A program made the translations under genes and the position numbers. Positions 12,157-24,689 of a DNA stretch of 64,000 bases are shown in pieces (position 1 is the first letter of the stretch; the number at the start of each line of letters is the position of its first letter). The DNA lies in assembly GCF_006345805.1 (NCBI RefSeq), contig NC_043001.1, forward strand, positions 34,224,001-34,288,000, read 5' to 3'. The notes below the pieces were generated by a model. The model worked only from the letters and a program-made list of their open reading frames with translations, was not told the DNA's origin and ran no database searches. Origin of the DNA: Octopus sinensis (lineage: Eukaryota).

Positions 12157-12600
12157 TTGTTAACATCATCACTACTACCATCACCATAAGGGAAGGAGTA
12201 TCACTATGTGATCGATAGCGCTGCTAGAAATAGCAGCTAAATCTCCTCCTTCTCATCATCATCATCATCATCATCATCACCATCATGCTCATTGTCACCC
12301 TCGTCCTCATCGCCTACACCACTAGCACCAAGCAGCATCACCAATGTCAAAACAGCGGCAGCAATAGCAGAGCAGCAGCAGCAGCAGCAGCCACCGCCAC
12401 CACCACCACCACCGCTATCACCACCACCACCACCACCACCACCACCACCGCTATCACCATCACCTCCAGTGCCGCCACCGCTACTTCCGCCGCTACCGCC
12501 GCCGCCGCCACTACCACCACCACCACCACCACCACCACCACTACCACCACCACCGTCGCCATCACCATGTACATCATTGCCACCACGACCACCTACCTAC
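12087..12600. repeat. (CCAG)n, (CAT)n, (CAG)n, (CAC)n compound simple repeats
   Basis: Direct reading; source of the poly-T/P/V ORFs. Confidence 0.93.
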
Positions 12601-13146
12601 TCCGTACTCAAACATTAATTTGCTGTCTGTCTCATGCCTTGTGGCTATTTATCACTGAAGTGTGACAGTGGTTGTTGTTGTGGTAGTGGTGTTAGTGGTG
12701 AAGGTATTGTTTAGACGAGGAGGATAAGGAGGAGGGGAAGAATAAAGGGCAAGAGCGCAGATGACGGTGTGGGTGGGAGACGCAATTATGTCCACCTACA
12801 TCCACCTACGTCCACCTATGTCTTCCACTTATGTTCAATAAGAAAAATGAGTCTCCGTCGGTTTCATCGTTGTATATTCAGTTCTATCATCTGAACAACC
12901 TAATCATTGAATTGTACAGCAGATGACTGAGTATTCCACGGACTCTTGTACCTTCATCTTCAATCAGCGTTACAGTGTGTGATATAACCTGAACATTTGA
13001 ATTCTACGTACAACCCATCCGATGAACTTTCTTCTGGCTTCGGTTTCCGTCTGTCCAATTAGAATTCCACATAACAAGGATTGGATCAGCTCTAAGCTAC
13101 GATAAAAATCCAAGATGCTTCGCAATGGAATCGAATGAAGAATGTT

Positions 13147-14010
13147 ACAGTGTTGAAATATGCAGATGTACCTTGAGATAAAAAGAACAAATCCGATGCG
13201 CTATAGATCTTTCCTGCAATCAGACTCTGGGCACAATGCAACAATGGATTTCTGGCTAGCAACTCAAGCTAGCTGGAAACAAGTGCGTCACCATGCATTT
13301 TGGGAGGAAAAACCTGGCCTTTACATACTCCCTCAACAACACCAATCTCAAGAAGTCTGCTAGTGAACGTTATCTGGATATCATTGTAAACAGCGATCTA
13401 CGTTGGACAAAACGACATCACTAAGATTATCGAGAAGGCTGAGTATGTCCTTAGTAAGACCTTTGCTAGCCGCTCTCCAGCTATCTATTTAAGACTGTAT
13501 ATGACAATGGTAAGTCCACACTTAAAATTTGCATCACCAGTTTGGAACTCCTATCTTGCTCAGTATATCAATCTCCTGGAAACTGTTCAGAGACAGGCCA
13601 CAAAACGAATACCCGCCGTCAGGCATCTATCATACTCTGAACGTCTTGCTTCCCTGGGTATGGATACAATGAAGTTCAGACGTCTGGTAACTGACTTGGT
13701 AGACATGCGCAAGATTGTTCACCATCTCTCCAACAACAACAACAACCATGGGCACCTTTTTTGAATTCCATATGCCAAACACTCGTGAGCATGCTTGCAA
13801 AATCCCAAAACAACACAGCATCAATGAATTTCGGAAACATTTTCCTCGCTCAGAATTGTTGAAGCATGAAGCAAACTAGCCACGTCAGTCGCTAGCTGTC
13901 GAGACACTACATCCTTCAAAACTTCCCTGCTTCCTGAAATCCACCAACAGTACACCTGATGGCATCTGTTTTTCCTTAGTTGTAGTGCACCTGAGCACTG
14001 TATACAACGA
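13147..14010 (+). mobile_element. CR1/L2-clade LINE, 5'-truncated and frameshifted
   Basis: LKYAD remnant, KCVTMHFGRKN, and VSPHLKFASPVWNSY..LLETVQRQATKRIP..LSYSERL..RRLVTDL, typical of the post-RT region of CR1-type LINEs. Confidence 0.9.
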
Positions 14011-14315
14011 TTTCTTTCATATGACAAAAACAAAAGAAAACAAAAAACAACAACAAAAGAAACAAAAAGACAAGTTAGACCACGTGATTTCCAAGCGCAT
14101 TTCTCAGTCATTCTGGCTTGTTGAGTTCCTTCCTCTATGTTTACCTTCTTATTCGTATGCAACACACAAAACACAGCGTTACTGCTACCCATACAACTCA
14201 TACTTACTTGAAGTACACACACACACACACACAAACGAACTCACTCACGTACTCACACACGCTTACACTCACACACTTACATCCTTCAAACACACACACA
14301 CACACGCTCTCTCAT

Positions 14316-14346
<31 letters not shown>

Positions 14347-14399
14347 GTCTCTCACTATCTCTCTCTCTCTCTCTCCCTCCCTCTTTCTCACATATACAG

Positions 14400-15540
14400 A
14401 AACACGCACACATGTACAAACACACACAAATACTGAAACACACCCAAACACACACACATTCACACTGACACACACACACACACACTGATATATACCCAGG
14501 CACACAACACAAACATGCACTCACCCAAAACACCTCCACCATACACCCAAAAACACACTCACACACACACAAACACACACTCATACACACACACAAACAT
14601 ACACTTATACACACACACACAAACATACACTTATACACACACACACAAACACACACTCATATAGACACACAAACACACTCATACACACACACAAACATAC
14701 ACTTATACACACACACACAAACACACACTCATATAGACACACACAAACACACTCATACACACACACAAACATACACTTATACACACACACACACAAACAT
14801 ACACTTATACACACACACACAAACACACACTCATATAGACATACACAAACACACTCATACACACACACAAACATACACTTATACACACACACACAAACAC
14901 ACACTCATATAGACACACACAAACACACTCATACACACACACAAACATACACTTATACACACACACACACAAACATACACTTATATACACACACACACAA
15001 AATACACTTATACACACACACACACAAACACACCCTCATATAGACACACACAAACACACTCATACACACACACAAACATACACTTATACACACACACACA
15101 CAAACATACACTTATACACACACACACACAAAATACACTTATACACACACACACACAAACACACACTCATATAGACATACACAAACACACTCATACACAC
15201 ACACAAACATACACTTATACACACACACACACAAACATACACTTATACACACACAACAAAACCACACACTCATATTAGACACAAAAACACACTCATACAC
15301 ACACACAAACATAACTTATACACACAACACACACAAACATAACACTTATACACACACACACACAAACATACACTTATACACACACACACACAAACATACA
15401 CTTATATACACACACACACACAAACATACACTTATACACACACAAACACACACTCATACACATACACACACTCAACTCACCAAAACACACACACACACTC
15501 AACTTACCCAAACATGCATAAACACACACATGCTCACACA
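14400..15540. repeat. (CA)-derived higher-order minisatellite array
   Basis: Alternating subunits ...CAAACATACACTTAT and ...CACTCATATAGAC repeated over about 1.1 kb. Confidence 0.9.
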
Positions 15541-16013
15541 TTTACGCACTCCCCCACCACCACCACCACCTAACAAAAAACAAAAACAAAACACTCACCA
15601 CCACCACCACCACCACCACAGAGACTAGTTCCATTGCCCACACGAAACCTTTACCAATTTGATTACATTACAACAGTAAATTGTTCTTAATCAGACACAC
15701 AATAATATTGGTTTACATTCTGCGTTTTTCTCATTTCTTTGTTTATTTCTGTTTTTACAGCCGCAGCTGGACAGATTGCTAACATCTATAGATGTATTCG
15801 TGGAGGTAGTGATATTGGTGGGTGTAGTAGTAGTAGTAGTAGTTAGAATTAGTGATAGTGGTAGTAGTGGTAGTTGTGATGGTAGTGGTGATAACTGTGA
15901 TCTGGGTGGTGGTGGTGGTGGTGGTAAGCAGTGGTGTCTCTCATGGTGCCATTATAATTGCGTGTCGGTTTGTATAGATGTATGTAATACACACAGAGGT
16001 ACAAACACATATG

Positions 16014-16049
<36 letters not shown>

Positions 16050-16141
16050 ATTATATATACACACATATGTGTGTGTGTGTGTATGTGTATGTGTGTATGT
16101 ACATATATATATATACATATATATATAATATATATATATAT

Positions 16142-16180
<39 letters not shown>

Positions 16181-16326
16181 ATATTATATACATACAACAC
16201 ATATATATATATTATATATATATCTATATATATATATAAAAAATGTGTGTGTGTTTATGTACGTGTGTGCATGTGTGGGTATGTGTGTGTGTGTTTAAGA
16301 CAAAGAAACACAGAGAGAAAGATCGA

Positions 16327-16364
<38 letters not shown>

Positions 16365-16678
16365 AAGATTGAGAAAGAGAAAGTGAAAGTGCGTGTGTGT
16401 GTGTGTGTGTGTATGTGTTTCTGTGTGTATGTGTGCGTATGCATGTGCACGCGTATCCCGATATATATATATATATATATATATGTATGCGTGCGTCACA
16501 CATGCTTGCCTGTGTAGGCGGCGAGTATGTTGAAGTAGATGCTTGTTCCATCGTTCCGATGTCCGAAATTATTGGAAACGCCGCTGGACATTGCTGAATC
16601 CACTTGTGTTGTATATTAAACGTTTATCAAGTATTTTCTTGTATTTCAGTTATGAGAGACAATGTTGCTATTATTATT

Positions 16679-16711
<33 letters not shown>

Positions 16712-17216
16712 GCAAGTGGTGGTTGTGTTAGTGCATGTTCCTGCGATGGCATTGGCGGTGTTGGTGCCAGTGGTAAGGGGGTTGATTACGATGGTAAAGG
16801 TGTAAACAGTGCTAAAAGAAGTATTCATCGAAGTGTTTGTTTATTCGTGGTTGCGGTGTTAGTATTGATAACGACGACCACAGTAGGAGGCGGTAGATTG
16901 CATTTAGATGGTTGCAGACACTGGTGGTGGTGGTGGTGGTGGTGGGAGTAGAAGGTGATAGTGAGCTAAGGTTCTGCGTGGTGCGATTGTACTTAAGGTG
17001 GTCGTGGTAGTGGTAGTGGTGGTAAATGGAAAATGGTAAAATTGATAAACAGTGGATGGTGGATACGGTGCGGCTGTTATTGTTGCTGTCGTTGGTGTTG
17101 TTGTAATTAATGTTGTTTTTGCTGTTGTTGTTGTTGTTGTTGTTGCTGTTGTTTAGCATCTTCGCTCACGCTTTTATATTCTACGAAGTGAGGTGTGTGC
17201 GTATGGGGAGGGGGGA

Positions 17217-17400
17217 GCGGTGCTGAAAAGTTCCTGGCTTTGGGTGAAAGAAAATACAGAAGGATAATTTAATTATGATTTTATCCAACATATTCCCCTC
17301 TCAGGGGTTCTTCAGTTCTTCTAAGCCCTGTAAAAGAACTCGGAAGGTTGGGCCTTGCGCTACACCCTTAAAGCCAGGAGCTTTTCAGCACCGCCTCGTA
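17217..17400. mobile_element. Mariner-type MITE
   Basis: TIRs GCGGTGCTGAAAAGTTCCTGGCTTT / AAAGCCAGGAGCTTTTCAGCACCGC (1 mismatch); the right end is CCTCGTA. Confidence 0.8.
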
Positions 17401-17480
17401 GAAATAGTATAAGCAAGTAAAAAGGGATCAACGTCGGTTTCGACGATGATTGTTTCAATTGTATTGTTTGATCAACAGAA

Positions 17481-17667
17481 GGGTAGGAGTGGCTGTGTGG
17501 TAAGTAGCTTGCTTACCAACCACATGGTTCCGGGTTCATTCCCACTTCGTGGCACCTTGGGCAAGTGTGTTCTACTATAGCCTTGGGCCGACCAAAGCCT
17601 TGTGAGTGGATTTGGTAGAACGGAAACTGAAAGAAGCCTGTCGTATATATATATATATATATTATTA

Positions 17668-17744
<77 letters not shown>

Positions 17745-17968
17745 ATATATGTTTTTGTGTGTCTGTGTTTGTCCCCCAACATTGCTTGACAACCGATGCT
17801 GATGTGTTTACGTCCCCGTAACTTAGCGGTTCGGCAAAAGAGATCGATTGAATAAGTACTAGGCTTCCAAAGTATGTCCTGGGGTCGATTTGGTCGACTA
17901 AAGGCGGTGCTCCAGCATGTCTACAGTCAAATGACTGAAACAAGTAAAAGAATAAAAGAATAAAAGAA
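17481..17968 (+). mobile_element. SINE family A, full length
   Basis: Head, internal (TA)n(TG)n and (AAAAGAAT)n tail. Confidence 0.92.
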
Positions 17969-18753
17969 TGCGTGTAAGTGACTGAGTATCCCACAGAAAA
18001 TTTGTCTCATTCGACGAAATTCTTAGGGAGAATCAGTATGATACAGGGTATGACAAACCTGGCCATTTGAATTTCGGGTACAATCCAATCTTACGGGATT
18101 CCTAACAGTTTCCGTTTACCCTTTTTTGCTCACAAGGCTTGTGTCAGCCTGAGCCTATGGCAAAACTTGTTTAAGATGCCACTCAATGAGATCTAATCAG
18201 AGACATCGTGATTACGAAACAAATTTCTTAAGCATAAAGCCATAGCTGTCTCCATAGGGTTAATACACCGAAGTCTATATTTATATAATGTGTCATACGT
18301 TTTTTTAAATTGTCGGGTGTAATTTGAAGGATGTTTAGCTGATAGTTCTAGAAATCGGGTACTCACATAAAGTTGCGGTTCCCAATTTAGGGAGGCCGAA
18401 CTCTTTTAAATTGAGAGATGGCATATTAGGGATTGTGTCAAAGAAAGTGTAGACTTTTTAAAAATCGCTTTTCAAAATAAAACTATTAAAATAACTTTCA
18501 AAAATAACTTTAATGTATTATCCATGCATGCATCCATCCATCTTTGCATCTGTCCATCCATCTTCTCGGCTTACTATTCCTGGAAATGTCATGAAGGTAG
18601 GATCCTCTGACATCTTGTCTATAAGATCGTATCAGAAGCAACCGTTATTACAATTTGTGGCTTGATTCTCAAGCGCTACCGATTGAGACTATGGATATTA
18701 TCCAAGCATCTCATTTTTGGTTTATCTTAAGATCAGTTACCGGTTGGCTCGGC

Positions 18754-18980
18754 TTAACCCTTTAGCGTTCACATTATTCTGTCAAATGCCATGCTTATTT
18801 ATTCATGTCTTGAATAAATCTAGCATTATCTTGTAACTTTGAGAGTTTGAGATTTTGGTGAGATGACTTAATTTTTAGAATGACGTTGTAAGGTTGATAT
18901 GAGAGACTAAATCAGGCCAGTTTGAACACAAAATAGGTAGAATAGGCCTTGTATGGCCTGTTTAAATACTAAAGAGTTAA
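18754..18980. mobile_element. piggyBac-like MITE with TTAA ends
   Basis: TTAA-CCCTTTAG ... CTAAAGAG-TTAA. Confidence 0.7.
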
Positions 18981-19413
18981 AGAATCTCTCTTGCGATTCT
19001 TTCTTGCGTTATTCTAAACACGTTCTATTAAACACAACGAAAACTTTATTATTCTATATCCGTAGATCTGAGATAATGATCAAGAACTGTGAGCTGTGTT
19101 CTGATTCCATTTGCAATGATATACTTACGTGAATCAGTTCTCTGTTGTCAGTCGAGACAATATCCAGATATTGCCCGCATCCTCAATCAGACATATGAAT
19201 TACGAGAGTGTTGTATGGACGCCCCCAGACAATGAAGTAGGCTAGCCCAATACGTAGATATAGAGGGAGAAGCCTAGACGTCGAGAGAAGAGTTGGGGAG
19301 AGTAGCGGTGAGAGTAGAGCAGAGTTGAGTAGAGGACATCCGAACGTGCGACATAACAGTGGTGACGAGGATGAGATGCTCACACAGCCACTGTGTAGTA
19401 TTGCGATATAACA
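18981..19413 (-). mobile_element. Putative solo LTR / retroelement terminal fragment
   Basis: The minus strand begins TGTTATATCGCAA, has AATAAA near its 3' end and a strong internal donor (TTCAC|GTAAGT at about 19127). The 3' CA end is not clear. Confidence 0.35.
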
Positions 19414-19783
19414 GAGAAAGCGAGAAAGTTCAGCATTTTGATAAAGTCATGAATGAGAAGCAGGAACAACGAAATCATTGAATTTTATGCACACAATTGC
19501 AATTGATCTCACTTTGCAGTTTTTTTCTTATTAATATATTCATGTTTGTATTTTTAGTTTTGTTTGTCCATTGTTCACCTACAGTTGTATGAAGAAATGT
19601 TAGATAAAAAGAAAAAGAAAACGGAAAGGAAATTAACGGTAGCTAAAGCAATACATAACGACTTGTAGAATATTGGGTTTAAAAAAAAATCTCTTGGATG
19701 GAAAAAGTTAAAGGCTACCCGTGGAATATGAACCTTCAAATTTTTTCATCCACTGTTGAAATTCCGGTCGACAATGTAGCCTT

Positions 19784-20012
19784 TATTTCTATTTCTTTAC
19801 TGCCCACAAGGGGCTAGACACAGAGAGGACAGACAATCGGATTAAGTCGATTATATCGACCCCAGTGCGTAAAGTAGGTACTTATTTAATCGACCCTGAA
19901 AAGATGAAAGGCAAAGTCGACCTCGGCGGAATTTGAACTCAGAACGTAGCGGCAGACGAAATACGGCTACGCATTTCGCCCGGCGTGCTAACGTTTCTGC
20001 CAGCTCGCCGCC
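19784..20012 (-). mobile_element. SINE family B monomer
   Basis: Head and body present; imperfect TSD ACAATGTAGCC/ACAATACAGCC. Confidence 0.9.
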
Positions 20013-20624
20013 TTACAATACAGCCACGCCTGCAATTTTTTAAACATCGAATGACTAGGGATGGGGGGGCACTAGAGTAAAATTAGAACTCAGTGGGTCC
20101 ATAGGTAAAATATGGTTGAGAACCACCGACTTAAAGTATACGTCGTTGGTGCCTGCTATTGTAGTCATTTAGTCCCAGATCATCCCTAACAGAACAGCTT
20201 AATGGTCAAAGGCATTCCAGTATTCTACTCATAACCACTTTAGTTAAGCTGTTCTCTCTCTATTTAAGACAGTATGGTGTGGTTTAAGGGAAATTTAGCT
20301 GCTGTTTTCTAGTATATCAAGCAACCATGTCGAAGTTTCGTCGTTCGTCGATAATGATAACTCTAAATTAAATGTGTTCCAAACTACTAGCAATGTATTT
20401 TGAACGTAAAAACTGCTCTTTATACAAACATACTTTCTAGGTTACATAAACCCACTCTACTGATACGCAAGCCGTTTTCTCAACAACACTCTATAGACAA
20501 TGTTGGCGTAAATGATGATGATGATGATGATGATGGTGGTGATTTTGGTGATGATGATGATGTTAATATTGTTGTTACTCTCGTTTTTGTTTGTTCCTTC
20601 TCAGCAGAAGTTCGCCATTACCTT

Positions 20625-20750
20625 ATGCTGGAGCCGCGTGGAGCTTAGGTATTTTGCTCATAAACACACACATCGCCCGGTCTGAGATTCGAACCCGCGA
20701 TCCCTCGACCGCGAGTCCGCTGCTCTACCCACTAGGCCATGTGCCTCCAC
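20625..20750 (-). mobile_element. SINE family C head fragment
   Basis: Reverse complement of GGAGGCACATGGCCTAGTGGGTAGAGCAGCGGACTCGCGGTC... Confidence 0.8.
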
Positions 20751-21255
20751 AGTTACTCTTGTAGTTTACTTCTAATTCAGCACTGAAGTGCAGACCTATC
20801 ATCAAACATATCCCACTTGAAACTATCCCCGCTCTTTTATTTATTTATTTATTTATTTATTTATTATTAATAATTAATTATTATTAATTATTTATTTATT
20901 TCACAAAGACATACAACATACTGTCTGCCATTCTGACACAGAGCTATACACTTCCTCCGTATCTCCCTGCCGTCAATCCATCTGTGTTTGGGAGGCCCCA
21001 GAACTCTGGATTAAACTGTTTCTTCAATCCTTTATCTCTGAAACTGCAGCCACCTGGATGGAATACCTTTTCTGCCTATTGTTAACCTGCAAGTACCAGG
21101 GTGGGAGAAATTATTGCTAAACACGAACCAAAGTACATCACCAATCTTAGATAAACATGAATGCTCAGTGTATGGGCATTTCTCCTTTTTCTGGAGCTGA
21201 GACTTTTAACGACAACAGCAGCAAGAAAAAGAAGCGGAAGAAGAGCAACAACAGT

Positions 21256-21620
21256 AGTGGAGGCGCAATGGCCAAGTGGTTAGGGCAGCGGACTTGCGGT
21301 CGGAGGATCGCGGTTTCGATTCCCAGACCGGGCGTTTTGTGTGTTTATTGAGCGAAAACACATAAAGCTCCATGAGGCTCTGGCAGCGGCTGGTGGCGAC
21401 CCCTGTTGTACTCTTTCGCTCCAACTTTCTCTTTCTTTCTTGTCCCCGACTTCCTACGCAACCGCTGAGCCTGGATGCGCATTCATCCATCTGTCGATGC
21501 TCTCGGGGGTTGACCTGCTTTTTCTTCTGCGGGTCTTACGAATAGCAAAGGACCACGTTTCGGACTTCTACCACTACAGAGGCGCGATCTTGCGAGCTCT
21601 GGGACGAAGACCGCTTCGCA
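21256..21620 (+). mobile_element. SINE family C, full head, tail type 2
   Basis: tRNA-like GGAGGCGCAATGGCCAAGTGGTTAGGGCAGCGGACTTGCGGTC...GGTTTCGATTCCC. Confidence 0.85.
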
Positions 21621-21789
21621 CAACAAACAAACAAACAGACAGCAACAGCAGTAGAATCATCATCATCATCATCAGCAGCAGCAGCAGCAGCTGCGAAAAC
21701 AATATTTGCAATACACTTAAAGGAGTGAACGAATATTCACATCCTCTGTAGTGGGAGAAGTCCGAAACGTGGTCCTTTGCTATTCCTTT

Positions 21790-22217
21790 TTACTCTTTTA
21801 CTTGTTTCAGTCATTTGACTGCGGCCATGCTGGAGCACCACATTTAGTCGAGCAAATCGACCCCAGGACTTATTCTTTGTAAGCCTAGTACTTTACTTAT
21901 TCTATCGGTCTCTTATGCCGAACCGCTAATTTACGGAGACGTAAACACACCAGCATCAGTTGTCAAGCGATGTTGGGGGACAAACACACACACACACCAC
22001 ACACACACACACACCACACACACACACACACACACGTATACATATACATATATACGACGGGCTTCTTTCGTTTTCCGTCTACCAAATCCACTCACAAGAC
22101 ATTGGTCGGCCCGGGGCTGTAGTAGAAGACACTTGCCCAAGGTGCTACGGAGTGGGACTGAACCCGGAACCATGTGGTTGGTAAGCAAGCTACGTACCAT
22201 ACAGCCACTCCTACGCC
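21790..22217 (-). mobile_element. SINE family A, full length
   Basis: Tail, CA tract and head on the minus strand. Confidence 0.92.
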
Positions 22218-22665
22218 TCTCTCCTATTTATGCAACCGTTGCTGCTTTTGTGTTTAATCCACATCGTTCCTTATCGAACATACCTATGATCAAAGTTATT
22301 CCAGCTTTAACCGTCCCCTATTTTTTTTGTATATCAGGAACTACATTGCCAAATATATCACTCCATTGTTCATTTGGTAGATGTGATTCGAGGGGACATT
22401 GGCTGATGTTTCTACCAAGTCAAGCAACCTTGAAAGTGCTCCAGTATTTGTTTAAAAACAACGTATGTAGAGCAGTTAAAATTCCAGTCTTATAAAACGT
22501 ACAAAATATGAGAAACTTGTCACCAAAATAGGGGAAGCAACTCTGACAATTCGCTAATTGCAGTAATTGTTAAGATTTACGAGTAACGAATTTTGTCATG
22601 TGAAGTTTACCGCTTAATCTTCTCTGTATTTTACAGAACACACATGCACATATTTATATATATAT

Positions 22666-22696
<31 letters not shown>

Positions 22697-23062
22697 TATG
22701 TGCTTTCTTAAATATTGACTCATGTATTGATTAATTTCCTACTATCGATGAGATTAAAATATAAATATTTCCTTCGTGTTTCAAAAATAAAAATACACTA
22801 ATTAAAGGGAGGTAACTTTGTATCTTTTTTATCTCCCTTATTTGTGTAGAGATTGAAGAGAAAATGATAGAATTACTGTTGTAGTCCCCGAATAAATTAA
22901 TTTGAAGATCCTAAATTTGGAATTAAAATGAACGTTACATCTTCTTTCCCGTCTTGTAGAGATAATAGGAAACAGCAATGTGGTTGCTTCTCCTGAATAT
23001 TTTATGAAGTTCAAATTTCATGGTGGGTGAATATATTATATATCTTCTTTCTTTTTTTTTCT

Positions 23063-23462
23063 TTTTACTTGTTTCAGTCATTTTGACTGCGGCCATGCTG
23101 GAGCACCGCCTTTAATCGAGCAACTCGACCCCGGGACTTATTCTTTGTATGCCCAGTACTTATTCTATCGGTCTCTTTTGCCGAACCGCTAAGTGACGGG
23201 GACATAAACACACCAGCATCGGTTGTCAAGCAATGCTAGGGGGACAAACACAGACATACAAACACACACATACATATATATATATATACACATATATACG
23301 ACAGGCTTCTTTCAGTTTCCGTCTACCAAATCCACTCACAAGGCATTGGTTGGCCCGGGGCTATAGCAGAAGACACTTGCCCAAGATGCCACGCAGTGGG
23401 ACTGAACCCAGAACCATGTGGTTGGTTAGCAAGCTACTTACCACACGGCCACTCCTGCGCCT
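23063..23462 (-). mobile_element. SINE family A, full length
   Basis: Closely matches the copies at 45505 and 59609. Confidence 0.93.
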
Positions 23463-23472
23463 ATATATATAA

Positions 23473-23504
<32 letters not shown>

Positions 23505-23704
23505 TACAGTTAATAAGAGGAATGACCACTAAAGTGGATTCATATACGCTAGAGATAGACGTCAAATCGCCTTACCACAAAGAGTGGTCATTCCTCATTG
23601 TAATACATACACACACACACACTCACACATATACATGCATGCATGTATGTATGTATGTATGTATGTATGTATGTATGTATGTATGTATGTATGTATGCAT
23701 ACAT

Positions 23705-24278
23705 ACATAAGAGTTTTGGGAGTGAGAACAGAGATAGAAATAATCTAAATGAAGGCATACATTCCTTGAGAAGACCAATACTTGATAGAAATTGCCTAAA
23801 TACTAATCTTAGGAAAATAGGTTTCTCAGAACCAGAAAGGAGAAAGCATATTCGAAGATTACAGATGCAATCCATCTCTGGAACTGTAAAAACCTGTAAA
23901 ACTTTCCAGTTTATTACAGAGATGTACTTGCATTGCAAGTGACTTGATCTGAGATCGTGTACTGAAATAAAAACAATTGCAGAGTGGAAGATATTTGTAA
24001 GCCATTTAAGAACACACAAAAACCGTTAGCTTCATTTCAACATATAATTTTCAGAGCTGTACTTGCAAAGCAAGTGACCTGATCTGAGATCGTGTGCTGA
24101 AACAAAAACAATTGCAGCGTGGAAGATGTTTATAAACCATTTAAAAACACACAAAAACCATTAGATTCACTTCGACATTTAAATTTAATTTGCCAAAATA
24201 TTTTCGTCGCCTTGAAACTGCGACCTGTTCACTGACAAAATATGGAACTGCATCTGAGAGAGTAACAGTTAGTTCATA
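23705..24278 (+). mobile_element. R4/Dong-type (RLE) LINE extreme 3' fragment with 135-bp tandem duplication downstream of the ORF
   Basis: NLRKIGFSEPERRKHIRRLQMQSISGTVKTCKTF aligns with the end of ORF 25610-26434 (NLDKLGFSGREIRRLIRTLQMQSVNGTVKLCKTF). ACTTGCA units start at 23926 and 24061. Confidence 0.8.
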
Positions 24279-24689
24279 AGTATGTATATATGTATGTATA
24301 TATGTATGTGTATATATATATGTGTGTGTATGTATGTATGTATGTATGTATGTATGTATGTATGTATGTATGTATGTATGTATGTATGTATGTGTGTATG
24401 TATGTGTGCATGTATGTATATATGTATGCATGCATGTACATATGTATGTATACGTGTACGTGCGCACGCATGTATGTATGTATGTATGTATGTATGTATG
24501 TATGTATGTGAGCATTTACGTCTGATAGTGTGTAGACGTGTCTGCGTGTGTGTATATGAGTATGTATATATAAATGTATGTTTATGTAGCTATGTGTATC
24601 TGTTCAAGTTGTATGAGCATGATAAGATATGCAAGTATATGCAAGAAAATAAATACATAAAACAAAACATACATACATACATACATAGA

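Noticed and set aside
21256-21335. tRNA gene (also the heads of families A, B and E)
   Set aside because: A/B boxes are present, but there is no complete cloverleaf or acceptor stem, and each head runs into a SINE body.
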